Assembly: GCA_964427125.1 (NCBI GenBank)
Contig: CAYRSM010000003.1
Span: 1 to 40,324, forward strand
Origin: an uncultured archaeon
GTDB taxonomy: Archaea > Aenigmatarchaeota > Aenigmatarchaeia > CG10238-14 > SCSR01
Reading direction: 5' to 3'
Length of the DNA: 40,324 nucleotides
The position numbers and the translations under genes were made by a program. Shown piece after piece: positions 8,507 through 16,898 of this stretch (positions are counted from its first letter, which is position 1; every line of letters begins with the position of its first letter). The notes under the pieces are model-generated. The model was not told the origin of the DNA. It did not search any database and was given only the letters and a program-made list of their open reading frames with translations.

Positions 8507-9246
8507 TTTGCCGTCACGTCCTTGTATACCCTCAGCGGGTAAAACTTCATCATCTCGCTGGCCACCCATTTCTGCGCCTCAATCGGCTGCATGTGCCAGT
8601 TCAGCGGGCACGGCGACAGAACCTCCACTAGCGAGAATCCCAGGCCGTCCCTCTGGAACGTCAGGGCCTTCTTGACAGCTTGCTCGGTCTTGATGATGTT
8701 GGGAACGCTGTCCAGCGCCACCCTCTCTATGTACGAAGTGCCGTCGAGAATCGAAAGCATCTCTGACATCTTTATCGGCATCCCGGTCAGCTTCGGGTCC
8801 CTGCCCTCGGGCGTTGTCGTGGTCTTCTGCCCCGGCAGTGTGGTCGGTGCCAGCTGCCCGCCAGTCATGCCGTATATCGCGTTGTTGATGAAAAACACTG
8901 TTATGTTCTCCCCCCTGTTCGCCGCGTGCACTATCTCCCCGGTGCCAATGGCCGCTAGGTCGCCGTCACCCTGGTAGGTGAACACTGTCCAGTCGGGCTT
9001 TGCCCTCTTCACAGCGGTCGCAATCGCGGGAGCCCTGCCGTGCGGCGCCTGCACGTGGTCGCACCTGAAGTATCTGTGCAGGAAAACAGAGCAGCCGACA
9101 GAGTTTATCGCTATCGTCTTGTCCGCAATCCCCAAGTCCTCAAGGGACTGCGCGACAATCCTGTGCAGCATGCCGTGACCGCAGCCAGGACAGTAATGCG
9201 TCTTCTTGTCAAGCAGAATCCTTGGCCTCCCCAGTATCTTTCCCAT
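8503..9246 (-). CDS. 2-oxoacid:ferredoxin oxidoreductase, beta (TPP-binding) subunit
   Basis: 'HYCPGCGHG', 'GDGDLAAIG' and 'NNAIYGMTGGQ' motifs. Confidence 0.9.
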   Translation of the reverse strand: MGKILGRPRILLDKKTHYCPGCGHGMLHRIVAQSLEDLGIADKTIAINSVGCSVFLHRYFRCDHVQAPHGRAPAIATAVKRAKPDWTVFTYQGDGDLAAIGTGEIVHAANRGENITVFFINNAIYGMTGGQLAPTTLPGQKTTTTPEGRDPKLTGMPIKMSEMLSILDGTSYIERVALDSVPNIIKTEQAVKKALTFQRDGLGFSLVEVLSPCPLNWHMQPIEAQKWVASEMMKFYPLRVYKDVTAK

Positions 9247-9250
9247 TTTT

Positions 9251-10285
9251 TCACACCATCCCTTTCAGCTTTTCCAGCACCTCTTCCTCGGTGGGCACGT
9301 TCCCGCCGCACCTTCCATAAAAATCGACCTTCGCCTTGTCGCCGACCGATAGCCTGACATCCTCCACCATCTGCCCCATGTTCAGCTCCACCACGAAAAA
9401 TTTCTTCGCATTCCCGGCGAGCTCGCGCATCTTTCCGGACGGGAATGGCCACAGCGTTATCGGCCTGAACAGACCCACCTTCAACCCGCCTTTCCTTGCG
9501 TCATCGACCACACCCTTGAGTATCCTTGATACGATGCCATATCCTACTACTACAATGTCCGCGTCCTCCGTCATGTACTCCTCGAACCTTGTCTCGTTTT
9601 TGGCGATGGCGTCGTACTTATCCTTCAGCTTCCTGTTGTGAGCCTCCAGCAAGTCGGGCTCTATGAAGACTGAAGAGACCGTGTTGTTCTTTCCGATGCC
9701 GACCGCCCACGACTTGTCGTACTTTTTCGGTTTGTGCTCCGGGAAGACGGTGTCCTCGTACATCTGGCCGAGGAAGGCGTCCCCAAGGATCATTACGGGG
9801 TTCCTGTACTCGTCCGCCAGGTCGAACGCCTCCATGGTGAACTCGGCCATCTCCTGCACAGAATTCGGCGCTAACACTATCAGCCTGTATCCCCCGTGAC
9901 CGCCGCTCCTGGTCGCCTGGAAATAGTCAGACTGCTCCGGTGCGATGTTGCCAAGCCCCGGCCCGCCCCTGTTTATGTCAACAATCACCATCGGCACCTC
10001 GCTTCCAGCCGCGAAAGATATCCCCTCCTGCTTGAGGCTTATGCCCGGGCCCGAGGAGGCAGTCATGACCCGTTTGCCGGTGGCTGCAAATCCGAGGCAC
10101 ATGTTTATCGCTCCCAGCTCGCTCTCCGCCTGCAAAAACACAAACCCCTTCGGCGCTATCTTGGCGAAAGCCTCCGGTATCTCCGTTGAGGGGGTTATCG
10201 GGTAGCCGAAGAATGCCTCGCACCCCGCGTTCAGAGCGGCTCGCGCCACCGCCTCATTGCCCTTTATGTATATCTTTTTGTTCAT
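9251..10285 (-). CDS. 2-oxoacid:ferredoxin oxidoreductase, alpha subunit
   Basis: 'KGNEAVARAALNAGCEAFFGYPITPSTEI' and 'GGHGGYRLIVLAP'. Its position lies between the delta and beta subunits. Confidence 0.9.
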   Translation of the reverse strand: MNKKIYIKGNEAVARAALNAGCEAFFGYPITPSTEIPEAFAKIAPKGFVFLQAESELGAINMCLGFAATGKRVMTASSGPGISLKQEGISFAAGSEVPMVIVDINRGGPGLGNIAPEQSDYFQATRSGGHGGYRLIVLAPNSVQEMAEFTMEAFDLADEYRNPVMILGDAFLGQMYEDTVFPEHKPKKYDKSWAVGIGKNNTVSSVFIEPDLLEAHNRKLKDKYDAIAKNETRFEEYMTEDADIVVVGYGIVSRILKGVVDDARKGGLKVGLFRPITLWPFPSGKMRELAGNAKKFFVVELNMGQMVEDVRLSVGDKAKVDFYGRCGGNVPTEEEVLEKLKGMV

Positions 10286-10502
10286 CTCGCCACACCTCTA
10301 TCGCGACGTCTGGACACGACCTGTAGCAGAAGGCGCATGCTATGCATTTGCCCTCCTTGTCGTCAAAAGTTGCAGGATGGAAACCCTCGCTGTTTATGTC
10401 GTCGGATATCCTGATGAGCCCGAGCTTGCACGCCTGGGCGCACAGGCCGCACCCCTTGCATATCTCCCTGTTTATGACTATCTTCCCCGGAATTCCACAC
10501 AC
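10254..10502 (-). CDS. 2-oxoacid:ferredoxin oxidoreductase, delta subunit (2x[4Fe-4S] ferredoxin)
   Basis: Two cluster motifs, 'CKGCGLCAQAC' and 'CIACAFCYRSCP'. It overlaps the alpha start by 32 nt. The substrate (pyruvate, 2-oxoglutarate or 2-oxoisovalerate) cannot be told from the sequence alone. Confidence 0.88.
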   Translation of the reverse strand: MCGIPGKIVINREICKGCGLCAQACKLGLIRISDDINSEGFHPATFDDKEGKCIACAFCYRSCPDVAIEVWRDEQKDIHKGQ

Positions 10503-10604
10503 CGACCTTTAACTATAATTATGTATGGTGATTATCAATTATTGTTGCAGAGTTTCTTGGTTGCAAATCGTTTTGGGAATGTTCCTAAAACTTTCAGGTT
10601 TTAT

Positions 10605-12869
10605 ATGGCCAAACAGCAAGTTACAATCATGGGAAGGGTTTGTTTTGTCGCCGTCCTTTTCGCGGCCGTTCTGCTGGCAAGTGTTGCCTCTCGGCCCGTT
10701 CAGGCGCAATCCACAGTGAACTTCACCTACAACGTGACCTACAACTACACCGCGCACAACTCTTCGAGTTCTGTGCTGGTTTCGGCTGCGGCGAACGGCA
10801 TGGCTCTGGACACGGGCAATCCGGTGATAATCGTCTCGCCCGGAGCGCGGCTCACCGGAAGCATGACCGTGCAGGAAAGCGATTCCTGCTCGTTCTGCAT
10901 ACTGCCCGTGACTTCGGTCAACAGCTGGGACAGGGCGTTCTATTCGGCAGTCGGCTATCTGGCAGGCGACAACAATCTTCATCCGTTCACATTCTCGTTT
11001 TCCTTCACAGCCCCGATCTCTCCCGGCACATATTACATAGCTACTTTCCACAGGGCGTGCTACGCGCCGCAGGACAACGTGTACGGCTGCTACGGTCTGG
11101 GAGACCCCAGGAGGGGAGTTCCGGGCGGCGGTGACGACATATGGGACATATCCAACTTCGCGGACTGGCTCCCCGGCGGTAGCTTCTCGAGCGGCAGGGC
11201 TATCAAGGTCGTCGTGTCCGCCCCGGCGCTGCCAGACCTGTCCATAACAAACGTCTTGGGACCTGTTCAAGTGGTTTTTAATCCTGACATAAACAACGAT
11301 ACTAGAATTGACCTGGTCAAGGGGAAAAACACTACGATATTTTTGACTGCTATATTGGACGACCCAAGCAATCTGGTTCCAAGCAACCAGCCCATAGCCT
11401 TTAATCTGAGCATCGGGAATGCAGTATTTACCGAGACATTTCCTGCCGGCAATTTCAAAGGACCCGTAGTGGCGCCAATCCAGTTCTTTTTCGAGCCGAA
11501 TGAAACGGGGGACTTTACAATTAAAGTTGTCGCCGATGCCTTTAACAGCATAGCCGAGTCCAACAAGAACAACAACGTGAAGGAAGTTAATATCAGTGTA
11601 AAGGACACTGGCAATTTCCTAGCAGTGTATAAGAAAGTGGATTACACGATCGATTTTGTGCATTTGGGCCCCGTTGACAAGTATGACGAAACTGTCGGGA
11701 ACAGCAGTTTATTTTTGAACGCTACTTTTCCACTCAACCCACAAAAATTCAACACTGATAATTCAGATTCTACATTCTCTGCAGGTTTCCCGATTCCGTT
11801 ACTAAATCCGTTTCTACTTGGTAAATTTTTCAATCCAACAATTGATATGGCAGATCTTTGTACACAAGGGAGACTACAGACATCGAATCGAGCCAATGTT
11901 ACAATTGGCATAGTGTCAGATAATTATTTTAGTTTCTATGATAATGAAAACACATCAGGACTTTCAAGTCCGATTACTTGTGGTGTTTTGGCCAGACAAA
12001 CCTATTGGACAGCAGTTGCCCATGAAATTGGGCATTTGTACGGCCTTCCTGTAAACCCAGCCATTAATAGTCCTAATGGAATGGAAGAATATAATTTAAC
12101 CGATTCTGTGGTGTCTTATCCTGGTAATCCTGCAACAGGTTTTTGGGTAGACAGGAATATTTTAATCAACAACAGGGTTTGTTTCATGGGGGCTAGTAAA
12201 AATGAGACATTAGATTTTCATTGGATTGATAACGAAGATTATATGCAATTGTTCAGAAACTTTGTTTCTAATAAGAATGACCCAGAAGTACTTTTTATGA
12301 CAGGGTTTATATTTAAAAATGGGACTATAATTTTAGGTAATTGGTATAGCTTTCCAAATGGCACTATAGATACATTGCCTGTAGGAAACTATTCTATTCA
12401 AACCCTTAATAATTTAGGGAATGTCATCACCCAAACTTCGCTAGACGTTCCATTTGTCTTGAACTTTGATCCGACTGGAGCAGTAGCAATGAATGGCACG
12501 GCTTTCGCCTTTTCAATACCTTTCCCGCAAAATACCACGTCTGTAAAGATAACACTCTATAACACTACTTTAATCGTCGTCGAACCTAATTCTAAAACAT
12601 TAAGAGATGCGATTAACTCAATCCCTGATTTTGGATTTATTAACAATCCTAATCAGAGAAGAAACGCGTTAATAAACAAGATTGACGCTGTAGACAATAT
12701 GTTACAGGTCAATAACACATTTGGTGCTGTGCAAAAATTGAAATTCGACATCAAAGATAAGATAGAGAAGTGGATTGTAGAGTATGTGCCAAAAACCCCT
12801 TCACAACTTTCTAAATCTTATATTTTGGATTCAGTGGAAAATACAATAAAAAGGCTAAGTCTTTTATGA
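10605..12869 (+). CDS. Large secreted HExxH zinc-metalloprotease-like surface protein: signal peptide, N-terminal domain, CARDB-like domain, protease core, beta-rich region, then a C-terminal ~88-aa 'R' module
   Basis: Signal peptide 'MAKQQVTIMGRVCFVAVLFAAVLLASVASRPVQAQ'; 'AVAHEIGHLYGLP' with HEIGH at 12021-12035; CARDB-like ending 'DAFNSIAESNKNNNVKEVNISV'; many N-x-S/T sequons. The tracked ORF start at 10257 lies antisense inside the oxidoreductase genes and was rejected. Confidence 0.8.
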   Translation: MAKQQVTIMGRVCFVAVLFAAVLLASVASRPVQAQSTVNFTYNVTYNYTAHNSSSSVLVSAAANGMALDTGNPVIIVSPGARLTGSMTVQESDSCSFCILPVTSVNSWDRAFYSAVGYLAGDNNLHPFTFSFSFTAPISPGTYYIATFHRACYAPQDNVYGCYGLGDPRRGVPGGGDDIWDISNFADWLPGGSFSSGRAIKVVVSAPALPDLSITNVLGPVQVVFNPDINNDTRIDLVKGKNTTIFLTAILDDPSNLVPSNQPIAFNLSIGNAVFTETFPAGNFKGPVVAPIQFFFEPNETGDFTIKVVADAFNSIAESNKNNNVKEVNISVKDTGNFLAVYKKVDYTIDFVHLGPVDKYDETVGNSSLFLNATFPLNPQKFNTDNSDSTFSAGFPIPLLNPFLLGKFFNPTIDMADLCTQGRLQTSNRANVTIGIVSDNYFSFYDNENTSGLSSPITCGVLARQTYWTAVAHEIGHLYGLPVNPAINSPNGMEEYNLTDSVVSYPGNPATGFWVDRNILINNRVCFMGASKNETLDFHWIDNEDYMQLFRNFVSNKNDPEVLFMTGFIFKNGTIILGNWYSFPNGTIDTLPVGNYSIQTLNNLGNVITQTSLDVPFVLNFDPTGAVAMNGTAFAFSIPFPQNTTSVKITLYNTTLIVVEPNSKTLRDAINSIPDFGFINNPNQRRNALINKIDAVDNMLQVNNTFGAVQKLKFDIKDKIEKWIVEYVPKTPSQLSKSYILDSVENTIKRLSLL

Positions 12870-13201
12870 AGACGGATTTAATAAAATTATTTCGTCCCAC
12901 CAGAAAAAAGGCAATTATATCTTTTATAATCTTCCTTGTTTTTCCCACGCCTATACCTGTTAACTACGAATATTCCAACATACGCTATATGCCAATACCC
13001 AATATATTTTTAACTTTGCCGCTGATAATTACAAATTCTATACTTACTATTATATTTGGTGCAGGACCATCTTCGGAAGATTTAAATAAAATGATTGTAT
13101 ACCCGCCATTTATTATATCGATTGTCCTATCGTATCCTTTAGCCTGTTTATTTGTAGGAATTTGGGATAAGGTGAAGACAAGGAAGGGTGATAAAAGATG
13201 A
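12866..13201 (+). CDS. Small integral membrane protein (about 3 TM, basic C-tail), cassette partner M1
   Basis: 111-aa ORF with hydrophobic stretches 'AIISFIIFLVF', 'IFLTLPLIITNSILTIIFGA' and 'FIISIVLSYPLACLFVGIW'. There are ATGA start/stop overlaps at both ends (12866-12869 and 13198-13201). Confidence 0.6.
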   Translation: MKTDLIKLFRPTRKKAIISFIIFLVFPTPIPVNYEYSNIRYMPIPNIFLTLPLIITNSILTIIFGAGPSSEDLNKMIVYPPFIISIVLSYPLACLFVGIWDKVKTRKGDKR

Positions 13202-13467
13202 TTGAATACATTGCCAGATCTATTCCGAGCTTTGGGTTTGTAAACGACCCGGAACAGAGAAGAGGCGCCTTATCAAATAAACTGGATGCTATGGAGCATA
13301 TGCTGCAAGTAAATAATACATTCGGGGCGGCGCAAAAGCTGAAATTCGACATAAGAGACAAGATAGAAAAATGGGTTGTTGACTACCTACCACAAAATTC
13401 ATTGCAACTCTCTAAAGGTTTCATATTGAACTTACTCGATAGAACAATTTCAAGGCTGAGCGTATGA
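13198..13467 (+). CDS. Free-standing copy (R2) of the metalloprotease C-terminal module
   Basis: 89 aa. My hand alignment gives 54 of 88 identical positions to the last 88 residues of ORF 10605..12869 ('SIP.FGF.N.P.QRR.AL.NK.DA...MLQVNNTFGA.QKLKFDI.DKIEKW.V.Y.P....QLSK..IL......TI.RLS'). Confidence 0.75.
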   Translation: MIEYIARSIPSFGFVNDPEQRRGALSNKLDAMEHMLQVNNTFGAAQKLKFDIRDKIEKWVVDYLPQNSLQLSKGFILNLLDRTISRLSV

Positions 13468-13877
13468 AACACAAGCTATTAATAACTATTCTGGCAGTCG
13501 TATCCGTAGCGCTTATACCCTTGATTATATTGTTGTTTTCAAGTTCCTTGGTTGTAGACAGAAACATTGCGTATAGTGCCATATGCGATGTCACATTTAT
13601 TGACAAAAATTCCACGTCGTATAAGATTGAAATAGTGAAGTGCGCAGGAAAAGAATCCGGTCTGAGCAAAGCTAGATATTTCGGCGACCAATTGCCACCA
13701 AAATCAGTTATAACAATAATTGATTATTACAATTCTTTAGGCAACACTACCGTGGGGGAAACATACAGATTGATTGGAATAACAACCCCGGGTTCTGGCA
13801 AGTTCTCTCCTCTGCCTGCAAGTATAATCCCTCGACAGGGAGATTTATTGGAAGCCTTCAAGAACATCGCTGGTTAA
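13464..13877 (+). CDS. Small secreted or membrane-anchored protein (N-terminal TM/signal anchor), cassette partner M2
   Basis: 137-aa ORF with N-terminal 'LLITILAVVSVALIPLIILLF'. Its start overlaps the R2 stop (ATGA at 13464-13467). Confidence 0.6.
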   Translation: MKHKLLITILAVVSVALIPLIILLFSSSLVVDRNIAYSAICDVTFIDKNSTSYKIEIVKCAGKESGLSKARYFGDQLPPKSVITIIDYYNSLGNTTVGETYRLIGITTPGSGKFSPLPASIIPRQGDLLEAFKNIAG

Positions 13878-13880
13878 AAT

Positions 13881-14147
13881 ATGAAAGATGCGATTAACTC
13901 TATACCAGATTTTGGATTTATCAACAATCCTGATCAAAGGAGAAACGCTTTGCTAAACAAAGCGGATGCTATTGAAAATATGCTTAAGGTGAACGATACG
14001 TTTGGTGCTGCCCAAAAGCTACAATTTGATTTAAAAGACAAGATGGAGAAATGGCTTACTAATTATACTGTAGGAACTCCACTGGAGTTTACCAAACCAA
14101 AGATGCTTTCGTTGATAGAAAACATACTTTCTAGGCTGGCGAGATAA
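13881..14147 (+). CDS. Free-standing copy (R3) of the metalloprotease C-terminal module
   Basis: 88 aa. It begins 'MKDAINSIPDFGFINNPDQRRNAL', against 'LRDAINSIPDFGFINNPNQRRNAL' in the protease. 54 of 88 positions are identical by hand alignment, and the first ~65 nt are strongly conserved at the DNA level. Confidence 0.75.
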   Translation: MKDAINSIPDFGFINNPDQRRNALLNKADAIENMLKVNDTFGAAQKLQFDLKDKMEKWLTNYTVGTPLEFTKPKMLSLIENILSRLAR

Positions 14148-14151
14148 AAAT

Positions 14152-14466
14152 ATGGAAACCCCTGTCATGAACAAAAATCTTATCACATCCTTGGTTAAGA
14201 AGTTGTCTATAGCAACTGCCATTTATTTGGTTACAATATCGCTTACCTATTTCAATGTTATACCAGCCTTTCGCATATGCGGCAAGGGCGGAAGCTGTTA
14301 CGAATATTTCGGCCTGCCCTATGGTACGATAATAGTCAAAAGCAACGGTGTTGAGGAAATGACAATAAATTTGTTATCGATACCTTCGGATATTTTCCTT
14401 TGGTACATCTTGGTATCGGTATTGATGTGGTTGTTCGAATCTCAAAAGAAAGTGAAAAAGAAATGA
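14152..14466 (+). CDS. Small membrane protein (2 TM, basic C-tail), cassette partner M3
   Basis: 104-aa ORF with 'LSIATAIYLVTISLTYF' and 'IFLWYILVSVLMWLF', ending in 'KKVKKK'. It starts 4 nt after R3. Confidence 0.6.
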   Translation: METPVMNKNLITSLVKKLSIATAIYLVTISLTYFNVIPAFRICGKGGSCYEYFGLPYGTIIVKSNGVEEMTINLLSIPSDIFLWYILVSVLMWLFESQKKVKKK

Positions 14467-14617
14467 TAAAATCTGTACCAGACTTCGGATCCATTAATAA
14501 TACCGAACGGAGAAGAACTACCTTACTGAACAAATTAGATGCCATAGAAAGATAGGAAAATGGGTAGTGGACTATACTCCTGGAAATTTTCTGCATCTTT
14601 CAAAAGGCTACGTATAG
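14463..14617 (+). pseudogene. Decayed fourth copy (R4) of the R module
   Basis: The ATG at 14463 overlaps the M3 stop. It reads 'MIKSVPDFGSINNTERRRTTLLNKLDAIER' and then TAG at 14553. The module resumes in another frame at 14558 as 'KWVVDYTPGNFLHLSKGYV' followed by a stop. About 22 central residues are missing relative to R1-R3. Confidence 0.7.
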
Positions 14618-14622
14618 AATAT

Positions 14623-14634
14623 ATATTTAAAAGC
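14623..14634 (+). promoter_or_regulatory. Candidate archaeal TATA box for the rpl18e-rpl13-rps9 operon
   Basis: 'TATATTTAAAAG' lies about 38 nt upstream of the ATG at 14667 in an AT-rich spacer. Position and composition are the only evidence. Confidence 0.35.
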
Positions 14635-14666
14635 CTAAAATCACTATCTATAAGACGTGAGAATCC

Positions 14667-15029
14667 ATGGCAAGGACGGGACCCACAAACGAGCAGTTGA
14701 ACACCCTTATAGAGGCGCTCAGGACAAAGTCCAGGGAGGAGAAGGCGCCGATATGGAGGGACGTGGCTGAGAAGCTGGAGAACCCCACGAGGCAGAGGGT
14801 CGAGGTCAACCTTTCGGACATCGACAGGAACGCGGGCGCAAAGGAGACCATAGTGGTGCCCGGAGTGGTCCTGTCGAACGGCGAGCTGACAAAGCCGGTC
14901 ACGATAGCCGCATGGAGGTTTTCGGAGGGCGCCATAGAGAAGATAAATGGCGCGGGGAGCAAGTCTTCTACCATAGAGGAGCTGGTAAAGTCGAACCCGA
15001 AGGGCAGCAAGGTCAGGATAATGGTGTAA
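14667..15029 (+). CDS. rpl18e: 50S ribosomal protein L18e
   Basis: 'MARTGPTNEQLNTLIEALR....APIWRDVAEKL..PTRQRVEVNLSDI', and its place in the conserved L18e-L13-S9 order. Confidence 0.9.
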   Translation: MARTGPTNEQLNTLIEALRTKSREEKAPIWRDVAEKLENPTRQRVEVNLSDIDRNAGAKETIVVPGVVLSNGELTKPVTIAAWRFSEGAIEKINGAGSKSSTIEELVKSNPKGSKVRIMV

Positions 15030-15032
15030 GTT

Positions 15033-15455
15033 ATGAAAGTCTACGATGCGGACAACCAGGTGCTGGGAAGGCTGTGCTCGGTCATCGCAAAGGATCTGCT
15101 AAAAGGGGAAAAGGTCATTGTCGTGAACACGGAAAAGGCTGTGATATCCGGCAATCCTAAGCTCGTGAAGGAGCACTACATGAACAAGATAACCAGGGGG
15201 GACGTCTATCACGGACCGTTCTTCCCAAAGTACCCCGATGCGATATTCAGGAGGACCGTCAGGGGCATGCTTCCCTGGGACAGGACCACCGGAAGGGACG
15301 CATTCAGGAGCCTCAGGGTGCACATAGGCATCCCGGAGGAGCTGAAGGGAAAGAAGATGGAAAAGGTGAAAAAGTTCGACGCGGAGAAGCTCGACACGAA
15401 GTTCACGAGCCTGGGTAATCTGTCGGTTTCGATAGGGGCTGAGAAGAGATGGTAG
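15033..15455 (+). CDS. rpl13: 50S ribosomal protein L13
   Basis: 'YDADNQVLGRLCSVIAKDLLKGEKVIVVNTEKAVISG' and 'RTVRGMLP', with conserved synteny. Confidence 0.92.
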   Translation: MKVYDADNQVLGRLCSVIAKDLLKGEKVIVVNTEKAVISGNPKLVKEHYMNKITRGDVYHGPFFPKYPDAIFRRTVRGMLPWDRTTGRDAFRSLRVHIGIPEELKGKKMEKVKKFDAEKLDTKFTSLGNLSVSIGAEKRW

Positions 15456-15892
15456 CAAAGAAGAAAGCAAGCAAGCCCAAGATGAAGGGAATGACCACCG
15501 GGAAGAGAAGGCTTGCCGTGGCAAGGGCCAGGGTCAAGGATGGAAAGGGCTCGGTGACGATAAACGCTATGCCTCTCGACATCTGGGGGAACGAGTACCT
15601 GAGGATGTGGATAACGGAGCCCATTGCGCTGGCGGGCGAGCTGCTGGGCAAGGTCGACATCGATGTCTCGGTCGAGAGCGGCGGGATAGTCGGGCAGGCC
15701 GAGGCGGTCAGGATGGCCATAGCGAAGGGGCTGGTGGACTATTTCAACGACAAGAACCTCAGGGAGCTCTACAAGAAGTACGACAGGAACCTGCTTGTGT
15801 ACGACCCGAGGAGGAACGAGACGCACCACGGGAGCGGGCGCGGAGCCTCAAAACGCGGAAGCCGACGCCATAAGCAGCGCTCAAAGCGATAA
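15449..15892 (+). CDS. rps9: 30S ribosomal protein S9
   Basis: 'GKRRLAVARARVKDGKGSVTING', 'GGIVGQAEAVRMAIAKGL' and the C-terminal 'RSKR'. It overlaps L13 by 7 nt. Confidence 0.92.
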   Translation: MVAKKKASKPKMKGMTTGKRRLAVARARVKDGKGSVTINAMPLDIWGNEYLRMWITEPIALAGELLGKVDIDVSVESGGIVGQAEAVRMAIAKGLVDYFNDKNLRELYKKYDRNLLVYDPRRNETHHGSGRGASKRGSRRHKQRSKR

Positions 15893-15950
15893 ATTAATGT
15901 ATATAATTTAGTATAGAAATACTTTAATATAGTTAAGATAAATTCGTATA

Positions 15951-16898
15951 ATGTATTTTGATAAGCATTGTTTGGAGGACGTGATTCACGGTACTTTGCT
16001 GGGCGATGCTTGTATCAGAGTTGATAGAAAAAAGTATTATTACTATAGCCTGAATGCCAAAGACAAGAATTTTCTATTTTGGTTTAAGGGGATAATGGAA
16101 AGATTTGACATACCTACGTACATAACGGTAAGCAATAAACAGTCCAAAGTCTTTGCACTGGGATTTTATATAAATGCCCGCAAAAGCGATTATTTGCTTG
16201 GACTGAGAAATACATGGTATACAAAAATCGACGATAAAACAGTTAAAACGTTCCCAAATGATTTGAAACTAACCCCTGCAACATTGCTATTCTGGTATTT
16301 GGGTGATGGCTGTCTGGTTAGAAGAAAGAACGACGATAACAGGATTCCGACCATAGTCTTGGCAACAAACTGCTTTTCGAAGGAAGACATCGACTTTCTG
16401 ATACAAAAGCTGAAGGAAATTAATCTGAACTTTTACCCGATAAAATACAAAAGCGGATTCACCGGCAAGGAATGTGGTTACTGCCTTTATTCGAAGACCG
16501 AGGACGGCACGCCGTACAGATTCTTCAAGGCGATAGGATTAGAATGCCCGAAGGAAATAGCGGACTGCAGCACCGGCAGCAAGGGGATTTACCGCGAGGA
16601 GAAGTTCTTCAGGAACAAGTGGCCAACGGAGGAAGACTGGGTCAAGATACTTTCAAATGTAAATGAGGTCGGGCCTATTCTCAGGGAAACTCGGCTGAAA
16701 CTTGGCCTGTCACAGAACCAGTTCGGCGGAAAAGTCGGCATGCGGCGGGAGAACATCCGGGACGTGGAGATGATGAAGAGGCATTTTCTCGCAAAGAATT
16801 TCAGGAAAGCCGTGGAAGCGCTGGGTCTGGACGCGCCAATCATCCTGGAACGGCTTGCGGCAAACGGTCCGCCCCAGACAGCTTTATCAAATTTATAA
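15951..16898 (+). CDS. Free-standing LAGLIDADG endonuclease-like protein with a C-terminal XRE-type HTH
   Basis: Motifs 'IHGTLLGDACI' and 'LLFWYLGDGCL'. The C-terminal 'LRETRLKLGLSQNQFGGKVGMRRENIRDVE' looks like an HTH_3 domain. The gene is flanked by very AT-rich spacers and lies between rps9 and rpoN. Confidence 0.78.
   Translation: MYFDKHCLEDVIHGTLLGDACIRVDRKKYYYYSLNAKDKNFLFWFKGIMERFDIPTYITVSNKQSKVFALGFYINARKSDYLLGLRNTWYTKIDDKTVKTFPNDLKLTPATLLFWYLGDGCLVRRKNDDNRIPTIVLATNCFSKEDIDFLIQKLKEINLNFYPIKYKSGFTGKECGYCLYSKTEDGTPYRFFKAIGLECPKEIADCSTGSKGIYREEKFFRNKWPTEEDWVKILSNVNEVGPILRETRLKLGLSQNQFGGKVGMRRENIRDVEMMKRHFLAKNFRKAVEALGLDAPIILERLAANGPPQTALSNL

Noticed and set aside
10257-10604. N-terminal 116-codon extension of the 870-aa ORF
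   Set aside because: It runs antisense through the oxidoreductase delta and alpha genes. The ATG at 10605 is followed immediately by a textbook signal peptide.
10539-11270. 243-aa antisense ORF, together with similar long antisense ORFs such as 3149..3775, 6663..7295, 15209..15829, 30444..31301 and 37172..37687
   Set aside because: They are Arg/Pro/Gly/His-rich shadow ORFs opposite well-supported genes in GC-rich segments. They are useful only as an indicator of local GC content.
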